From: Okamejei kenojei
Lineage: Eukaryota
Assembly: GCA_035221665.1 (NCBI GenBank)
Contig: CM069133.1
Coordinates: 44,702,001 to 44,766,000 of the forward strand
Reading direction: 5' to 3'
Length of the DNA: 64,000 nucleotides
Part shown: positions 25,491-37,891 of the stretch, in pieces
Numbering within the stretch: the stretch's first letter is position 1
Layout of the letters: the number at the start of each line of letters is the position of its first letter
The notes under the pieces: generated by a model
The model's input: only the letters and a program-made list of their open reading frames with translations
Told to the model about the DNA's origin: nothing
Databases searched by the model: none
Program-made: the position numbers and the translations under genes

Positions 25491-26340
25491 GAGGCCCACA
25501 GGAGCCGTTGGAGGAAGTGAAGGAGGGGGAGGAGCGACACCCGACCGGTAAGGTTAAAAATCGAGCGCGGGGCTTGTTTTTTCAGAGGCCCACAGGAGCC
25601 GTTGGAGGAAGTGAAGGAGGGGGAGGAGCGACACCCGACGGTAAGGTTAAAAATCGAGCGCGGGGCTTGTTTTTTCAGAGGCCCACAGGAGCCGTTGGAG
25701 GAAGTGAAGGAGGGGGAGGAGCGACACCCGACCGGTAAGGTTAAAAATCGAGCGCGGGGCTTGTTTTTTCAGAGGCCCACAGGAGCCGTTGGAGGAAGTG
25801 AAGGAGGGGGAGGAGCGACACCCGACCGGTAAGGTTAAAAAATCGAGCGCGGGGGCTTGTTTTTTCAGAGGCCCACAGGAGCCGTTGGAGGAAGTGAAGG
25901 AGGGGGAGGAGCGACACCCGACCGGTAAGGTTAAAAATCGAGCGCGGGGCTTGTTTTTTTCAGAGGCCCACAGGAGCCGTTGGAGGAAGTGAAGGAGGGG
26001 GAGGAGCGACACCCGACCGGTAAGGTTAAAAATCGAGCGCGGGGCTTGTTTTTTCAGAGGCCCACAGGAGCCGTTGGAGGAAGTGAAGGAGGGGGAGGAG
26101 CGACACCCGACCGGTAAGGTTAAAAATCGAGCGCGGGGCTTGTTTTTTCAGAGGCCCACAGGAGCCGTTGGAGGAAGTGAAGGAGGGGGAGGAGCGACAC
26201 CCGACCGGTAAGGTTAAAAAATCGAGCGCGGGGCTTGTTTTTTTCAGAGGCCCACAGGAGCCGTTGGAGGAAGTGAAGGAGGGGGAGGAGCGACACCCGA
26301 CCGGTAAGGTTAAAAATCGAGCGCGGGGCTTGTTTTTTCA
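25491..26340 (+). repeat. 9 x ~94-bp tandem monomer array in the CR1 5' UTR
   Basis: Unit gaggcccacaggagccgttggaggaagtgaaggagggggaggagcgacacccgaccggtaaggttaaaaatcgagcgcggggcttgttttttca; variation is almost entirely single-base indels, mostly in homopolymer runs. Confidence 0.95.
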
Positions 26341-26586
26341 GAGGCTTACCCAAATCCATAACGTTCCATTTGGAGAAGTGGGTTTTTTTTGGGGGTTTTT
26401 TTGAGGAAGCCGCTGATTGGTGGAAGAGGACCCGAGGAAGCAGCTGATTGGGTGCAACCCCGGGTTTACAATTTTACATTTCTGCCTTCTGGGAGTGAGG
26501 GATTCTGGGAGTTAGGGATTTAGTATTTAGTAGTAAAGTTTAAAGGGTAAGTTTTTGTGTTTTTTTTAGTAATTTGGGAGTAAGGT

Positions 26587-27534
26587 ATGGCAGTAGAGAT
26601 TGGCCCCATGGTTTGTTCAGCCTGCAACATGTGGGAGATCAGGGAGATGGTCGGTCTCCCTGGTGACTACGTTTGCAGGAAGTGTGTCCAGCTGCAGCTC
26701 CTGCAGACCGCATTGAACGATTGGAACTGCGGCTGGATTCATACTGGAGCATCCACGATGCGGAGAAAGTCGTGGATAGCACGTACAGTGAGTTGGTCAC
26801 ACCGCAGGCAAAAGGTAGGAGGACAAGAAGGGAACGGGTGGCCAATAGCCAGCAAAGCAGTAGGCAGGTAGTGCAGGAGTCCCCTGCGGTCATCTCCCTC
26901 CTAAACAGGTATACCATTTTGGATACTGTTGAGGGAGATGGCTCATCAGGGGAATGCAGCAGCAGCCAGGTTCATGGCACCATGGGTGGCTCTGCAGCAC
27001 ATGAGGGGGGAAAAAAGAGGGGAAGGGCAATAGTAATAGGGGATTCAATTGTCAGGGGAATAGATAGGCGTTTCTGCGGCCGCAAACGAGACTCCAGGAT
27101 GGTATGTTGCCTCCCTGGTGCAAAGGTCAGGGATGTCACTGAACGGCTGCAGAACATTCTGGAGGGGGAGGGTGAACAGCCAGTTGTCGTGGTGCATGTT
27201 GGCACCAACGATATAGGTAAAAAAAGGGATGAGGTCCTACAAGGTGAATTTAGGGAGCTAGGACATAAACTTAAAAGTAGGACCTCAAAGGTAGTAATCT
27301 CCGGATTAACTACCAGTACCACGGGCCAGTCAGAGTAGAAATAGGAGGATAATGCAAATGAATACGTGGCTTGAAAAGTGGTGCAAGGGGGAGGGATTCA
27401 AATTTTTAGGGCACTGGGACCAGTTCTGGGGGAGGTGGGACCGGTACAAACAGGACGGTTTGCACCTGGAATGGAATGGAACCAATGTTCTTGGGGGAGT
27501 GTTTGCTAGTGCTGTTGGGGAGGATTTAAACTAA
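26587..27534 (+). pseudogene. CR1 ORF1 (zinc finger/leucine zipper plus SGNH esterase), frameshifted
   Basis: CSACNMW...YVCRKC; IERLELRLDS; VIGDSIVR, VHVGTND, QDGLHL esterase motifs. Confidence 0.9.
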
Positions 27535-27699
27535 TGTGGCAGGGGGATGGGTACAAGAGCAGAGAGGCAGGAGGTGTAAAATGAGGGTAGAAGCATTAGG
27601 TAGCAAGGTGAAAGGTAAAAGTGGCAGGCAGACAAAACCAGGGCAAAAATCAAAAAGGGCCACTTTTCAGCAAAATTGTATAAGGGGTAAATGCGTTGT

Positions 27700-30516
27700 A
27701 AAGACAAGCCTGAAGGCTTTGTGTCTCAATGCAAGGAGTATTCGTAATAAGGTGGACGAGTTGAACGTGCAGATAGATATTAATGATTATGATATAGTTG
27801 GGATCACGGAGACATGGCTCCAGGGTGACGTAGGCTGGGAGCTGAAACATCCAGGGATATTCAATATTCAGGAGGATAGAGAGAAAGGAAAAGGAGGTGG
27901 GGTAGCGTTGCTGGTTTAGAGAGGAGATTAAAGCAATGGAAAGGAAGGACATTAGCTTGGAGGATGTGGAATCGGTATGGGTAGAGCTACAAAACACTAA
28001 GGGGCAGAAAACGCTGGTGGGTGTTGTGTACAGGCCACCTAACAGTAGCAGAGAAGTTGGGGATGGTATCAAACAGGAAATTAGAAATGCGTGCGACAAA
28101 GGCAAAACAGTTATAATGGGTGACTTCAATCTACATATAGATTGGGTTAATCAAATTGGCAGGGGTGCTGAGGAAGAGGATTTTTTGGAATGTATGCGGG
28201 ATAGTTATCTAAATCAACATGTACAGGAACCAACGAGAGAGCAGGCTATTTTTAGACTGGGTTTTGAGTAATGAGGAAGGGGTAATTAGCCGTCTTGTTG
28301 TACGTGCCCCTTGGGCAAGAGTGACCATAATATGGTTGAGTTCTTCATTAGGATGGAGAGTGACATTGTTAATTCAGAAACAATGGTTCTGAACTTAAAG
28401 AAAGGTAACTTGAGGGTATGAGACGTGAATTGGCCAAGATTGACTGGCAATTAATTCTAAAAGGGTTGACGGTGGATAAACAATGGAAGACATTTAAAGA
28501 CTGCATGGATGAACTACAAAAAATTGTTCATCCCAGTTTGGCAAAAGAATAAATCGGGGAAGGTAGTGCATCCGTGGATAACAAGGGAAATCAGGGATAG
28601 TATCAAAGCAAAGGATGATGCGTACAAAGTAGCCAGAAAAAGCAGCATACCAGAGGACTGGGAGAAATTCAGGAGACCAGCAGAGGAGGACAAAGGGCTT
28701 AATTAGGAAAGGAAAAATAGATTATGAAAGAAAACTGGCAGGGAACATAAAACTGACTGCAAAAGTTTTTATAGATATGTGAAGAGAAAGAGGTTGTTAA
28801 AACAAATGTAGGTCCCTTGCAGTCAGAAACAGGTGAGTTGATCATGGGGAACAAGGATATGGCGGACCAATTGAATAACTACTTTGGTTCCGTCTTCACT
28901 AAGGAAGACATAAATAATCTGCCTGAAATAGCAGGGGACTGTGGGTCAAAGGAGGAATTGAGTGAAATCCAGGTCAGTCGGGAAGTGGGTGTTGGGTAAA
29001 TTGAATAGATTAAAGGCCGATAAATCCCCAGGGCCAGATAGGCTGCATCCCAGAGTACTTAAGGAAGTAGCTCAGGAAATAGTGGATGCATTAGTGATAA
29101 TCTTTCAAAACTCTTTAGATTCTGGAGTAGTTCCTGAGGATTGGCGGGTGGCAAATGTAACCCCTCTTTTTAAGAAGGGAGGGAGAGAGAAAACGGGGAA
29201 TTACAGACCAGTTAGTCTAACATCGGTAGTGGGGAAACTGCTAGAGTCAGTTATTAAAGATGGGATAGCAGCACATTTGGAAAGTGGTGAAATCATTGGA
29301 CAAAGTCAGCATGGATTTACAAAAGGTAAATCATGTCTGACGAATCTTGTGGAATTTTTCGAGGATGTAACTAGTAGCGTGGATAAGGGAGAACCAGTGG
29401 ATGTGGTATATCTGGACTTCCAGAAGGCTTTCGACAAGGTCCCACATAAGAGATTAGTATACAAACTTAAAGCATACGGTATTAGGGGTTCAGTATTGAT
29501 GTGGATAGAGAACTGGCTGGCAAACAGGAAGCAAAGAGTAGGAGTAAAACGGGTCCTTTTCACAATGGCAGGCAGTAAACTAGTGGGGTACCGCAGGGCT
29601 CAGTGCTGGGACCCAGCTATTTACAATATATATTAATGATCTGGATGAGGGAATTGAAGGCAATATCTCCAAGTTTGCGGATGACACTAAGCTGGGGGGC
29701 AGTGTTCGCTGTGAGGAGGATGCTAGGAGACTGCAAGGTGACTTGGATAGGCTGGGTGAGTGGGCAAATGTTTGGCAGATGCAGTATAATGTGGATAAAT
29801 GTGAGGTTATCCACTTTGGTGGCAAAAAACAGGAAAGCAGACTATTATTTAAATGGTGGCCGATTAGGAAAAGGGGAGATGCAGCGAGACCTGGGTGTCA
29901 TGGTACACCAGTCATTGAAAGTAGGCATGCAGGTGCAGCAGGCAGTGAAAAAAAGCGAATGGTTATGTTAGCTTTCATAGCAAAAGGATTTGAGTACAGG
30001 AGCAGGGAGGTTCTACTTCAGTTGTACAGGGTCTTGGTGAGACCACACCTGGAGTATTGCGTGCAGTTTTGGTCTCCAAATCTGAGGAAGGACATTATTG
30101 CCATAGAGGGAGTGCAGAGAAGGTTCACCAGACTGATTCCTGGGATGTCAGGACTGTCTTATGAAGAAAGACTGGATAGACTCGGTTTATACTCTCTGGA
30201 ATTTAGGAGATTAAGAGGGGATCTTATAGAAACTTACAAAATTCTTAAGGGGTTGGACAGGCTAGATGCAGGAAGATTGTTCCCGATGTTGGGGAAGTCC
30301 AGGACAAGGGGTCACAGCTTAAGGATAAGGGGGAAATCCTTTAAGACTGAGATGAGAAAGACTTTCTTCACACAGAGAGTGGTGAGTCTCTGGAACTCTC
30401 TGCCACAGAGGGTAGTTGAGGCCAGTTCATTGGCTATATTTAAGAGTGAGTTGGATGTGGCCCTTGTGGCTAAGGGGATCAGAGGGTATGGAGAGAAGGC
30501 AGGTACGGGATACTGA
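27700..30516 (+). pseudogene. CR1 ORF2 (APE endonuclease plus reverse transcriptase), frameshifted
   Basis: CLNARSIRNK, GITETW, MGDFN; KSPGPD, NYRPVSLTS, QHGFTKGKSC, YLDFQKAFDKV; FADD codons at ~29674. Confidence 0.93.
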
Positions 30517-31399
30517 GTTGGATGATCAGCCATGATCATATTGAATGGCGGTGCAGGCTCGAAGGGCTGAATGGCCTACTCCTGCACCTAATTTCTATGT
30601 TTCTATGTTTCTATGTTCTAATAAGTGCAAGGTCTGCATTTGAGTTAATTTGGAACATTGGGACTACACCCTAGCCCATCGGAGGACCATTTAGTTCTGA
30701 TAACAGCAAGGAAGAAGCTGTTCTTCAAATCTGATGGAACATGCTTTCAAGCTTTTGTATCTCCTGCCCAATGGAAGAGAGAAGAGAATGACCAGAGTGA
30801 AACTGGACTTTGATTATATTGATTGCGTTCCTAAAGCAGTGTGAAGTGCAGATGAAATCGATGGTGGGAAAGGTAGGCTGTGTGATGGACTGGGCTTACA
30901 TCCACAACTGGAATTTCTTGCAGTCTTGGGCAGAGCGGTACTCAAACCAAGCTGTGATATAATTAATGGTGTAACATTCCTCCATAATACAGAAAGATAA
31001 AACAAAAACAATCATCAATACAGTGAGTGGTTTCTATGTCTATGAACAAGGATCTCCAGAATGTAGCATTTTGTTCCTGCATGATTTGTCACTTGTAGTT
31101 CACTGTTCTGTTAAAAAATATCCACGAGGTCTGGCTGGGACCACAATCTGCCATCACTACTCAAATGGAAGAATTCTTCAGGTTACTGGTTTTAAAAATT
31201 GCAGACTGATTGTCCTTTTACAAACACGAGAAAATAGTTGTGTCAAACTAATAGCGAGATAACTCAAATCTGCTTCATCTTTGATGAAAATATGGCTGAT
31301 ATTCCATTGTCCTGCGCTATTCTTAAATCCACATCTGGAGCTGTTCTCTTTCCTTCTATTCTCAACAGGGGAAAGGGATGAGAAATATCTTCTTGAAAG

Positions 31400-31690
31400 A
31401 CAGCACAGTGGTTCATCTGGTGGAGCTACTGCTTCACAGCGCAAGAGAACCTGCTTCAATCCTGAACTCCGATTCAGTCTGTGTAGAGTTTCCACCTTCT
31501 CCCTATAAACATGTGGATTTTCTCCCGCATCCCAAAGCCAAACAGGTTTGTAGGTAAAATTGTCCTCTGTAAATTGCCCCAAGTGTGTAGGGGAGCGGAT
31601 TCAAAAGCAGGTTAACATAAAACTTGTGTTAATGGATGTTCGATGGTTAGCATGAACTCGGTGAGCCGAAGGGTCTGTTTCCATGCAATA
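31400..31690 (+). mobile_element. V-SINE (HE1-like), degenerate
   Basis: tRNA-like head, V-domain-like tgtgtagagtttccaccttctccc...cccaaag...aggtttgtagg, CR1-type 3' end gaagggtctgtttccatgc. Confidence 0.7.
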
Positions 31691-31705
31691 TATTTATAAT
31701 AATCA

Positions 31706-32455
31706 CATAGAAACATAGAAAATAGGTGTAGGAGTAGGCCATTCAGCCCTTCGAGCCTGCACCGCCATTCAATATGATAATGGCTGATCATCATCAACTC
31801 AGTATCCTGTACCTGCCTTCTCTCCATACGCCCTGATCCTTTTAGCCACCAGGGCCACATCTAACTCCCTCTTAAATATAGCCAATGAACTGGCCTCAAC
31901 TACCTTCTGTGGCAGAGAATTCCACAGATTCACCACTCTCTGTGTGAAAAATGTTTTTCTCAACTCGGTCCTAAAAGGCTTCCCCCTTATCCTTAAACTG
32001 TGACCCCTTGTTCTGGACTTCCCCAACATCGGGAACAATCTTCCTGCATCTAACCTGTCCAACCCCTTAAAAATGTTGTACGTTTCTATAAGATCCCCCC
32101 TCAATCTTCTAAATTCTAGCGAGTGCAAGCCAAGTCTATCCAGTCTTTCTTCATGTGAAAGTCCTGCCATCCCAGGAATCAGTCTGGTGAACCTTCTGTG
32201 TACTCCCTCTATGGCAAGAATGTCTTTCCTCAGATTAGGAGACCAAAACTGTATGCAATACGCCAGGTGCGGTCTCACCAAGACCTGTACAACTGCAGTA
32301 GAACCTCCCTGCTCTTATACTCAAATGCTTTTGTTATGAGTGCTAACATACCATTTGCTTTCTTCACTGCCTGCTGCAGCTGCATGCCTACTTTCAATGA
32401 CTGGTGTACCAAGACACCCAGGTCTCGTTGCATCTCCCCTTTTCCTAATCGGCCA
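31706..32455 (-). mobile_element. CR1 3' fragment (same subfamily as 25491-30615)
   Basis: VRPHLAYCIQFWSPNLRKDIL...GYGEKAGTGY-type ORF and (ttctatgt) tail. Confidence 0.95.
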
Positions 32456-32569
32456 CATATCGGATTCTGGATCAGGCCATGGAGAGCCGTGCACATGAAA
32501 GTCTTGAATATTATCTCAGCAATCATCATGTCAGCCTGGCCCGGGAATTCAAGACCGTGACTCGAGAAT

Positions 32570-32900
32570 CTTATAACCATATAACCATATAACAATTACA
32601 GCACGGAGACAGGCCCTCTCGGCCCTTCCAGTCCGTGCCGACCATTTGTTTTCCCCTAGTCCCATCTACCTGCACTCAGACCATACCCCTCCATTCCCTT
32701 CACGTCCATATACCTATCCACTTTACTTTTAAATGTTAAAATCGATCCTGCCTCCACCACCTCTGCCGGAAGCTCATTCCACACAGCCACCACCCTCTGA
32801 GTAAAGAAGTTCCCCCTCACGTTACCCCTAAACTTCTGTCCCTTAATTCTCATGTCATGCCCTCTTGTTTGAATCTTCCCTACCCTCAATGGGAAAAGCT
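32570..32900 (-). mobile_element. CR1 3' fragment, different subfamily
   Basis: TRGHDMRIKG...FFTQRVVAVWNELP; (atatggtt)n tail. Confidence 0.9.
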
Positions 32901-32949
32901 TATGACCTGATCCAGTGGGAACTGGCTGCTACAGGGAGAAGTAGAACTG

Positions 32950-34152
32950 AAACAGGGGGAGCCAGTGGATGTAGTGTACCTGGACTTTCAGAAATAATTT
33001 GATGTCCCACATAGGAGATTAGTGGGCAAAATTAAAACATATGGTATTGGGGGTAGGGTGCTGACATGGATAGAAAATTGGTTGGCAGACAGGAAACAAA
33101 GGGTAGGGATTAACGGGTCCCTTTCAGAATGGCAGGCGGTGACTGGTACCACAAGGCTCGGTGCTTGGACCGCAGCTATTTACAATTTATATTAATGATT
33201 TGGACGAAGGGATTAAAAGTAACATTAGCAAATTTGCACATGTCACAAAGCTGGGTGGCAGTCTGAACAGTGAGGAGGATGCTGTGAGGATGCAGGGTTA
33301 CTTAGATAGGCTGGGTGAGTGGGCAGATGCATGGCAGATGCAGTTTAATGCAGATAAGTGTGAGGTTATCCACTTTCGTGGCAAAAACAGGAAGGCAGAT
33401 TATTATCTAAATGGCGTCAAGTTTGGAAAAGGGGAAGTACAACGGGATCTGGAGGTCCTTGTTCATCAGTCAATGAAAATAAGTAGGCAGGTACAGCAGG
33501 CAGTGAAGAAAGCAAATGGCATGTTGGCCTTCATAACAAGAGGAGTTGAGTATAGGAGCAAAGAGGTCCTTCTGCAGTTGTACAGGGCCCTAGTGAGACC
33601 ACACCTGGAGTATTGTGTGCAGTTCTGGTCTCCTAATTTGAGGAACGACAATCTTGCTATTGAGGGAGTGCTGCGTAGGTACACCAGGTTAATTCCCGGT
33701 ATGGCGGGACTGTCATATGTTGATAGAATGGAGCGGCTGGGCTTGTATACTCTGAAATTTAGGATGAGAGGATATCTTATTGAAACATAAGATTAGTAAA
33801 GGTCTGGAAACGCTAAAGGCAGGAAACATGTTCCCAATGTAGGGGGAGTTCAGAACCAGGGGCCACAGTTTAAGAATAAGGGGTAAGCCATTTAGAACGG
33901 AGGTGAGGAAAAACCTTTTCCCACAGAGAGTTGTGAGTCTGTGGAATTCTCTGCCTCATAGGGCAGTGGAGGCTGGTTCTCTGGATGCTTTCAAGAGAGA
34001 ACTAGACAGAGCTCTTAACGATAGAGAAGTCAAGGAATATGGGGAGAAGGCAGGAACAGGGTACTGATTGTGGATGATCAGCCATGATCACAATGAATGG
34101 TGGTGCTGGCTCGAAGGGCCGAATGGCCTTCACCTGCACCTATTGTCTATTG
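32950..34152 (+). mobile_element. 5'-truncated CR1 LINE
   Basis: LGPQLFTIYINDLDEG...LVRPHLEYCVQFWSP; (ctattgt)n tail. Confidence 0.93.
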
Positions 34153-34236
34153 TTTAAACACAGAACTGTGTTTTAGAAGAGAAATTAAAAAAGGGAAGAG
34201 AGGAAAAGAAAGATACTATGATGGATTGAGATGAAC

Positions 34237-34530
34237 TGGGTGGCATGGTGCCGATAGAGTTGCTGCCCTACAGCGCTTGCAGCACCAGAGAACCGGGTTC
34301 CATCCCGACTACGGGTGCTGTCTGTATGGAGTTTGTAAGTTCTCCCTGTGACCATGTGGATTTTCTCCGAGATCTTCGGTTTCCTCCCACACCCCAAAGA
34401 CGTACAGGTTTGTAGGTTATTTAGCTTGGTGTCAATGTAAATTGTCCCTAGTGTGTAGGATAGTGTTAACGTGTGGGGATTGCTAGTCGATAAAGACTCA
34501 TTGGGCCCGTTTCCATGCTGTGTCTTTAAA
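34237..34530 (+). mobile_element. V-SINE (HE1-like tRNA-derived SINE)
   Basis: A/B-box-like head (ggtggcatggtg...gggttccatccc), V-domain tgtatggagtttgtaagttctccc...cggtttcctcccacaccccaaagacg, CR1-like 3' end. Confidence 0.85.
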
Positions 34531-35559
34531 ACTAGAAAAAAAGAGCAATGAGAGGAGGCTTGACACTGCAACATCCTCAGCCGTCCATCTGGGCTGATGG
34601 CCCCATTCGACGTGAACCAGAGCAAGGAAATGATCTAATTGGTATCTAATTGGTTTGACAACTAATTAGAGAAAAGAGCAGAAATGGAGAACGGGAACTG
34701 CGGGTAAACACGGGGACTAAAGTACAACAGAATGAGGAAGGATAAACATTTCCTTCCCCAAGGGGCAGACATCTGTTTCTTTACAACACTGTGTTAGATT
34801 GAGGGATGACGTTGCAGATCCAGCTCAGGTCTCCATCCATAGATAGGAACCAGATCCCAGAAGGGCCACAGAAAGTGTAGTTGCTCACATAACAGCATCA
34901 TGGTCTAGTCAACTGACTTCCAGTTGTATCCTGACTGTGGGTGACTGGAGTCCCTGGGCTAAAATGTGCAAGAATTAGTTTCTCAAACTCCAACAGTTTA
35001 ACTGAATGTGCAGAATCCTGTCCCACCGTCGGTGTATTCCAAAGAGCTTTACAAACAATGAAGCACGGTGAAGCACTGTGATTGTGATGTTAGGGAAAGC
35101 AGAAACTAGTGCACAAATAACTTTCCACAAACAGCAATGACCAGGCTAGGAAGAACCCATACCATCTAATCATTGTTCTTGGTAAGCAGCAACCTGGCAC
35201 ATGTCACCAGAGAATTTTGTCCCTGACCTCAGTAAAATCCACGAACAAACTAATCCCACCTAGGCACCAGAAATCAATTTGTTTTTGTTTCTAATTGTGC
35301 TTTGCTCCAAAGTATCGTTTTTGCTTTAGTTTGTTTTGATTGTCTTGCAGAATTTGTGTGATTTTTGTATCATTTGTTTATGTGTCTGAGTATATGTACC
35401 TCTCATGCTGCAGCAAGCAAGATTTTCATTGTACCTGTACCTCACTATACCTGCGCATATGTGACAATAAACCATGACAATAAAGTGTGAAATTCAGACA
35501 TTTCTAGTGGTGGGTGACTGTGAAAATCCCTGCAAAGCAACATATTTTTGATCTGATGT

Positions 35560-37092
35560 GAATGTCTCCTTTAGGACTGGACTGGATGTGTCTCCAGGAC
35601 CGGACAATGTTTCCCCCTCTACTCTCAAGCTCTGTGCCGAACAATTGTGTAGAAAATGTTTACACAGACATTTTTAACCAGTCCCTGCAAACCTGTACTG
35701 TCCCTACCAGCTTCAAAGCCTCCACCATTGTCCCTGTACACAAAAAGGCAAGGATTAATTGTCTTAATGACTACAGGCCTGTCGCACTGATCTCTGTGAA
35801 GGGCCAATGAAGACCCTTGAAAGGCTTGTGCTGACCAAGCTGAAAAATATCACAAACCCCCTGCTGGATCCGATGCAGTTTGCATATCAGGCCAATAGAT
35901 CTGTGGATGATGCAGTCAACCTGGGCCTGCACTTCATCCTCCAGCACCTAGACCGCCAGAGGAACTATGCAGGGATTTTGTTTTTCTGATTTTTGCTCTC
36001 TATTCAACACCATTGTTCCAGAGCTACTACACTCCAAACTTTCCGAGTTGACTGTGCCTGAACCCCTCTGTGAGTGGATCACCAGCTTCCTGACAGACAG
36101 GAAGCAGCATGTGAGCACATCTCGGACCCGCAAACCTCAGCATAGGAGCACTGCAAGGCTGCGTACTCTCCCCTCTTCTCTACTCTCTCTACACCAATGA
36201 CTGCACCTCCATAGACCTCTGTCAACCCTGATTGGACTGATCCAGGATGGGGAGGAATCTGCCTACAGACAGGAAGTGTCACAGCTGGCATCCTGGTGCC
36301 AATGCAATAACCTGGAGCTCAATGCTCTTAAGACAGTGGAATTGATTGTAGACTTTAGGAGAGCTCCCCCTCCCCTCACCCCACTCACCATCAACAACAC
36401 CCCAGTCACATCTGTGGAGTCTTTTAAGTTCCTTGAACCATCATCTCCAAGGACCTTAAGTGGGGGGCTACTATCAACTCCACAGTCAAAAAGGCACAAC
36501 AGAGAATGTACTTCCTACGTCAGCTGAGGAAGCACAATCTGCCACAGGCAATGATGGTCCAATTCTATACGGCCATTGTAGAGTATGTCCTCACCTTCTC
36601 CATCATGGTCTGGTTTGGCTCAGCCACCAAGCACAACACCCGGAGGCTGCAGCGAATCATCTGATCAGCAGAGAAGGTTATTGGCTGCAACCTTCCCTCC
36701 ATTCACAAACTGTACACTGCAAGGGCCAGGAAGCGAGCGGGCAAGAACATCTCTAACCCCTCTCACCCTGGCCACAAACTCTTTGAATCACTTCCCTCTG
36801 GAAGGCGACTCTGGACTGTCAAAGCTGCCACAGCCAGACATAAACACAGGTTATTTTCCGCGAGTAGTAGCTCTACTCAATAACCAACAATCTGTAGCCT
36901 CCTTTTGCTCTGGTATTTTGTTTGGTTCACATGTTTGATCAATGGTATTTTATTATTAATGTTTAGTGTTTTATGTGTCATTTGTAACTGTGACTGTATG
37001 TCATGTTGTCACTTGTGGGCAAAGCACCAAGGCAAATTCCTTGTATGTGAATACCTGGCCAATAAACGTATTTATTCATTCAATCATTCATT
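35560..37092 (+). mobile_element. 5'-truncated Rex1/Babar LINE
   Basis: LNDYRPVAL, LDPMQFAYQANRSVDDAV, WCQCNNLELNALKTVELIVDFRR; 3' caaattccttgtatgtgaatacctggccaataaa plus (ttca)n. Confidence 0.92.
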
Positions 37093-37544
37093 CCTTAACA
37101 ATTATGCACGGTATCACATATCAAATATTTGGTGATGCATTGAGGGATGATGCAGGGTCTTGACCTGAAACGTCACCAACCCTCTGCCTCCACAGATACA
37201 ACATAACGCGTTGAGGACATCCTGCAATTTGTTTTCCTGCATGTCAAATGTTTGTTCAAATGAGGTACTACTGTATTTAACAAGAACCTGATTACTATCA
37301 GGTATGGTTTCTTACATTTGTGACAAATGTATCCATGGCGTAATCAAAGCTATGAAATTATAAAAAAAACTTGATAACATATAATTTCATCATCACCCAG
37401 CACAAATGCATTTTGCAATCCTTTTCATATTTTGCTTCAGGTTATAAACAAGGAACAATCTTTCTTCTTCCTCCTGGTCAACTTTCTGAGAATTCTGCAA
37501 ACTCTTTCTAATCAAGATATGTGAAGTGCGGTGTGGACTTGAAA

Positions 37545-37834
37545 TGTTGCTGGTGCATTTTGCAATGCACCACAGATGGCTCAGCAGACAGAGGGTGAAG
37601 CCCTTGTTGCTGCTGTCAGTTCCACTCAGATTCTGCAAAGACAAGGACTGGGTGATTGAAATGCAAAGTGGACTTGTCCATTTGAAGCTGTCTGACAATT
37701 CTTGAAGTCTTGAGCTCTTTTACACTCTATGTTAACTGTAAAATTCAGAAAACTACAGGAAACAGCAAGGAGTCTCGGTTCTACTCAGCCAGTGGAAAGA
37801 CATACGGCATTTGAAAGCTCAACGAGAGAAGAGA
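37545..37834 (+). promoter_or_regulatory. Putative promoter/5' UTR of the Siglec-like gene
   Basis: Unique sequence just upstream of the leader ATG, with blocks conserved in the paralog at 12250-12524 (agttccactcagatt, ggactgggtga.tgaaatgcaa, ttttacactct, cagcaaggagtct). Confidence 0.5.
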
Positions 37835-37883
37835 ATGCTGTTTATTTTGCTTTGTGTCTTTGCACTGCCTGTCACCGCTAATC
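37835..37883 (+). CDS. Siglec-like receptor exon 1: signal peptide MLFILLCVFALPVTAN (phase 1)
   Basis: agaATG start, hydrophobic 16 codons plus 1 nt, consensus donor gtaagt at 37884. Confidence 0.8.
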
Positions 37884-37891
37884 GTAAGTAT

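Larger units (their letters stand above)
25491..30615 (+). mobile_element. Full-length young CR1 LINE
   Basis: 5' tandem monomers, ORF1, ORF2 and (ttctatgt)n 3' tail. Inserted into an older Rex1-type fragment. Confidence 0.96.

Noticed and set aside
25491-26340. CRISPR-like array
   Set aside because: Units are identical end to end with no unique spacers, no cas genes, vertebrate context; it is a CR1 5' UTR array.
31281-31508. Hydrophobic ORF as an alternative signal-peptide exon
   Set aside because: No GT donor after the hydrophobic stretch, and it runs into a V-SINE.
34237-34310. tRNA gene
   Set aside because: Degenerate tRNA-derived SINE head continuing into a V-domain; no full cloverleaf.
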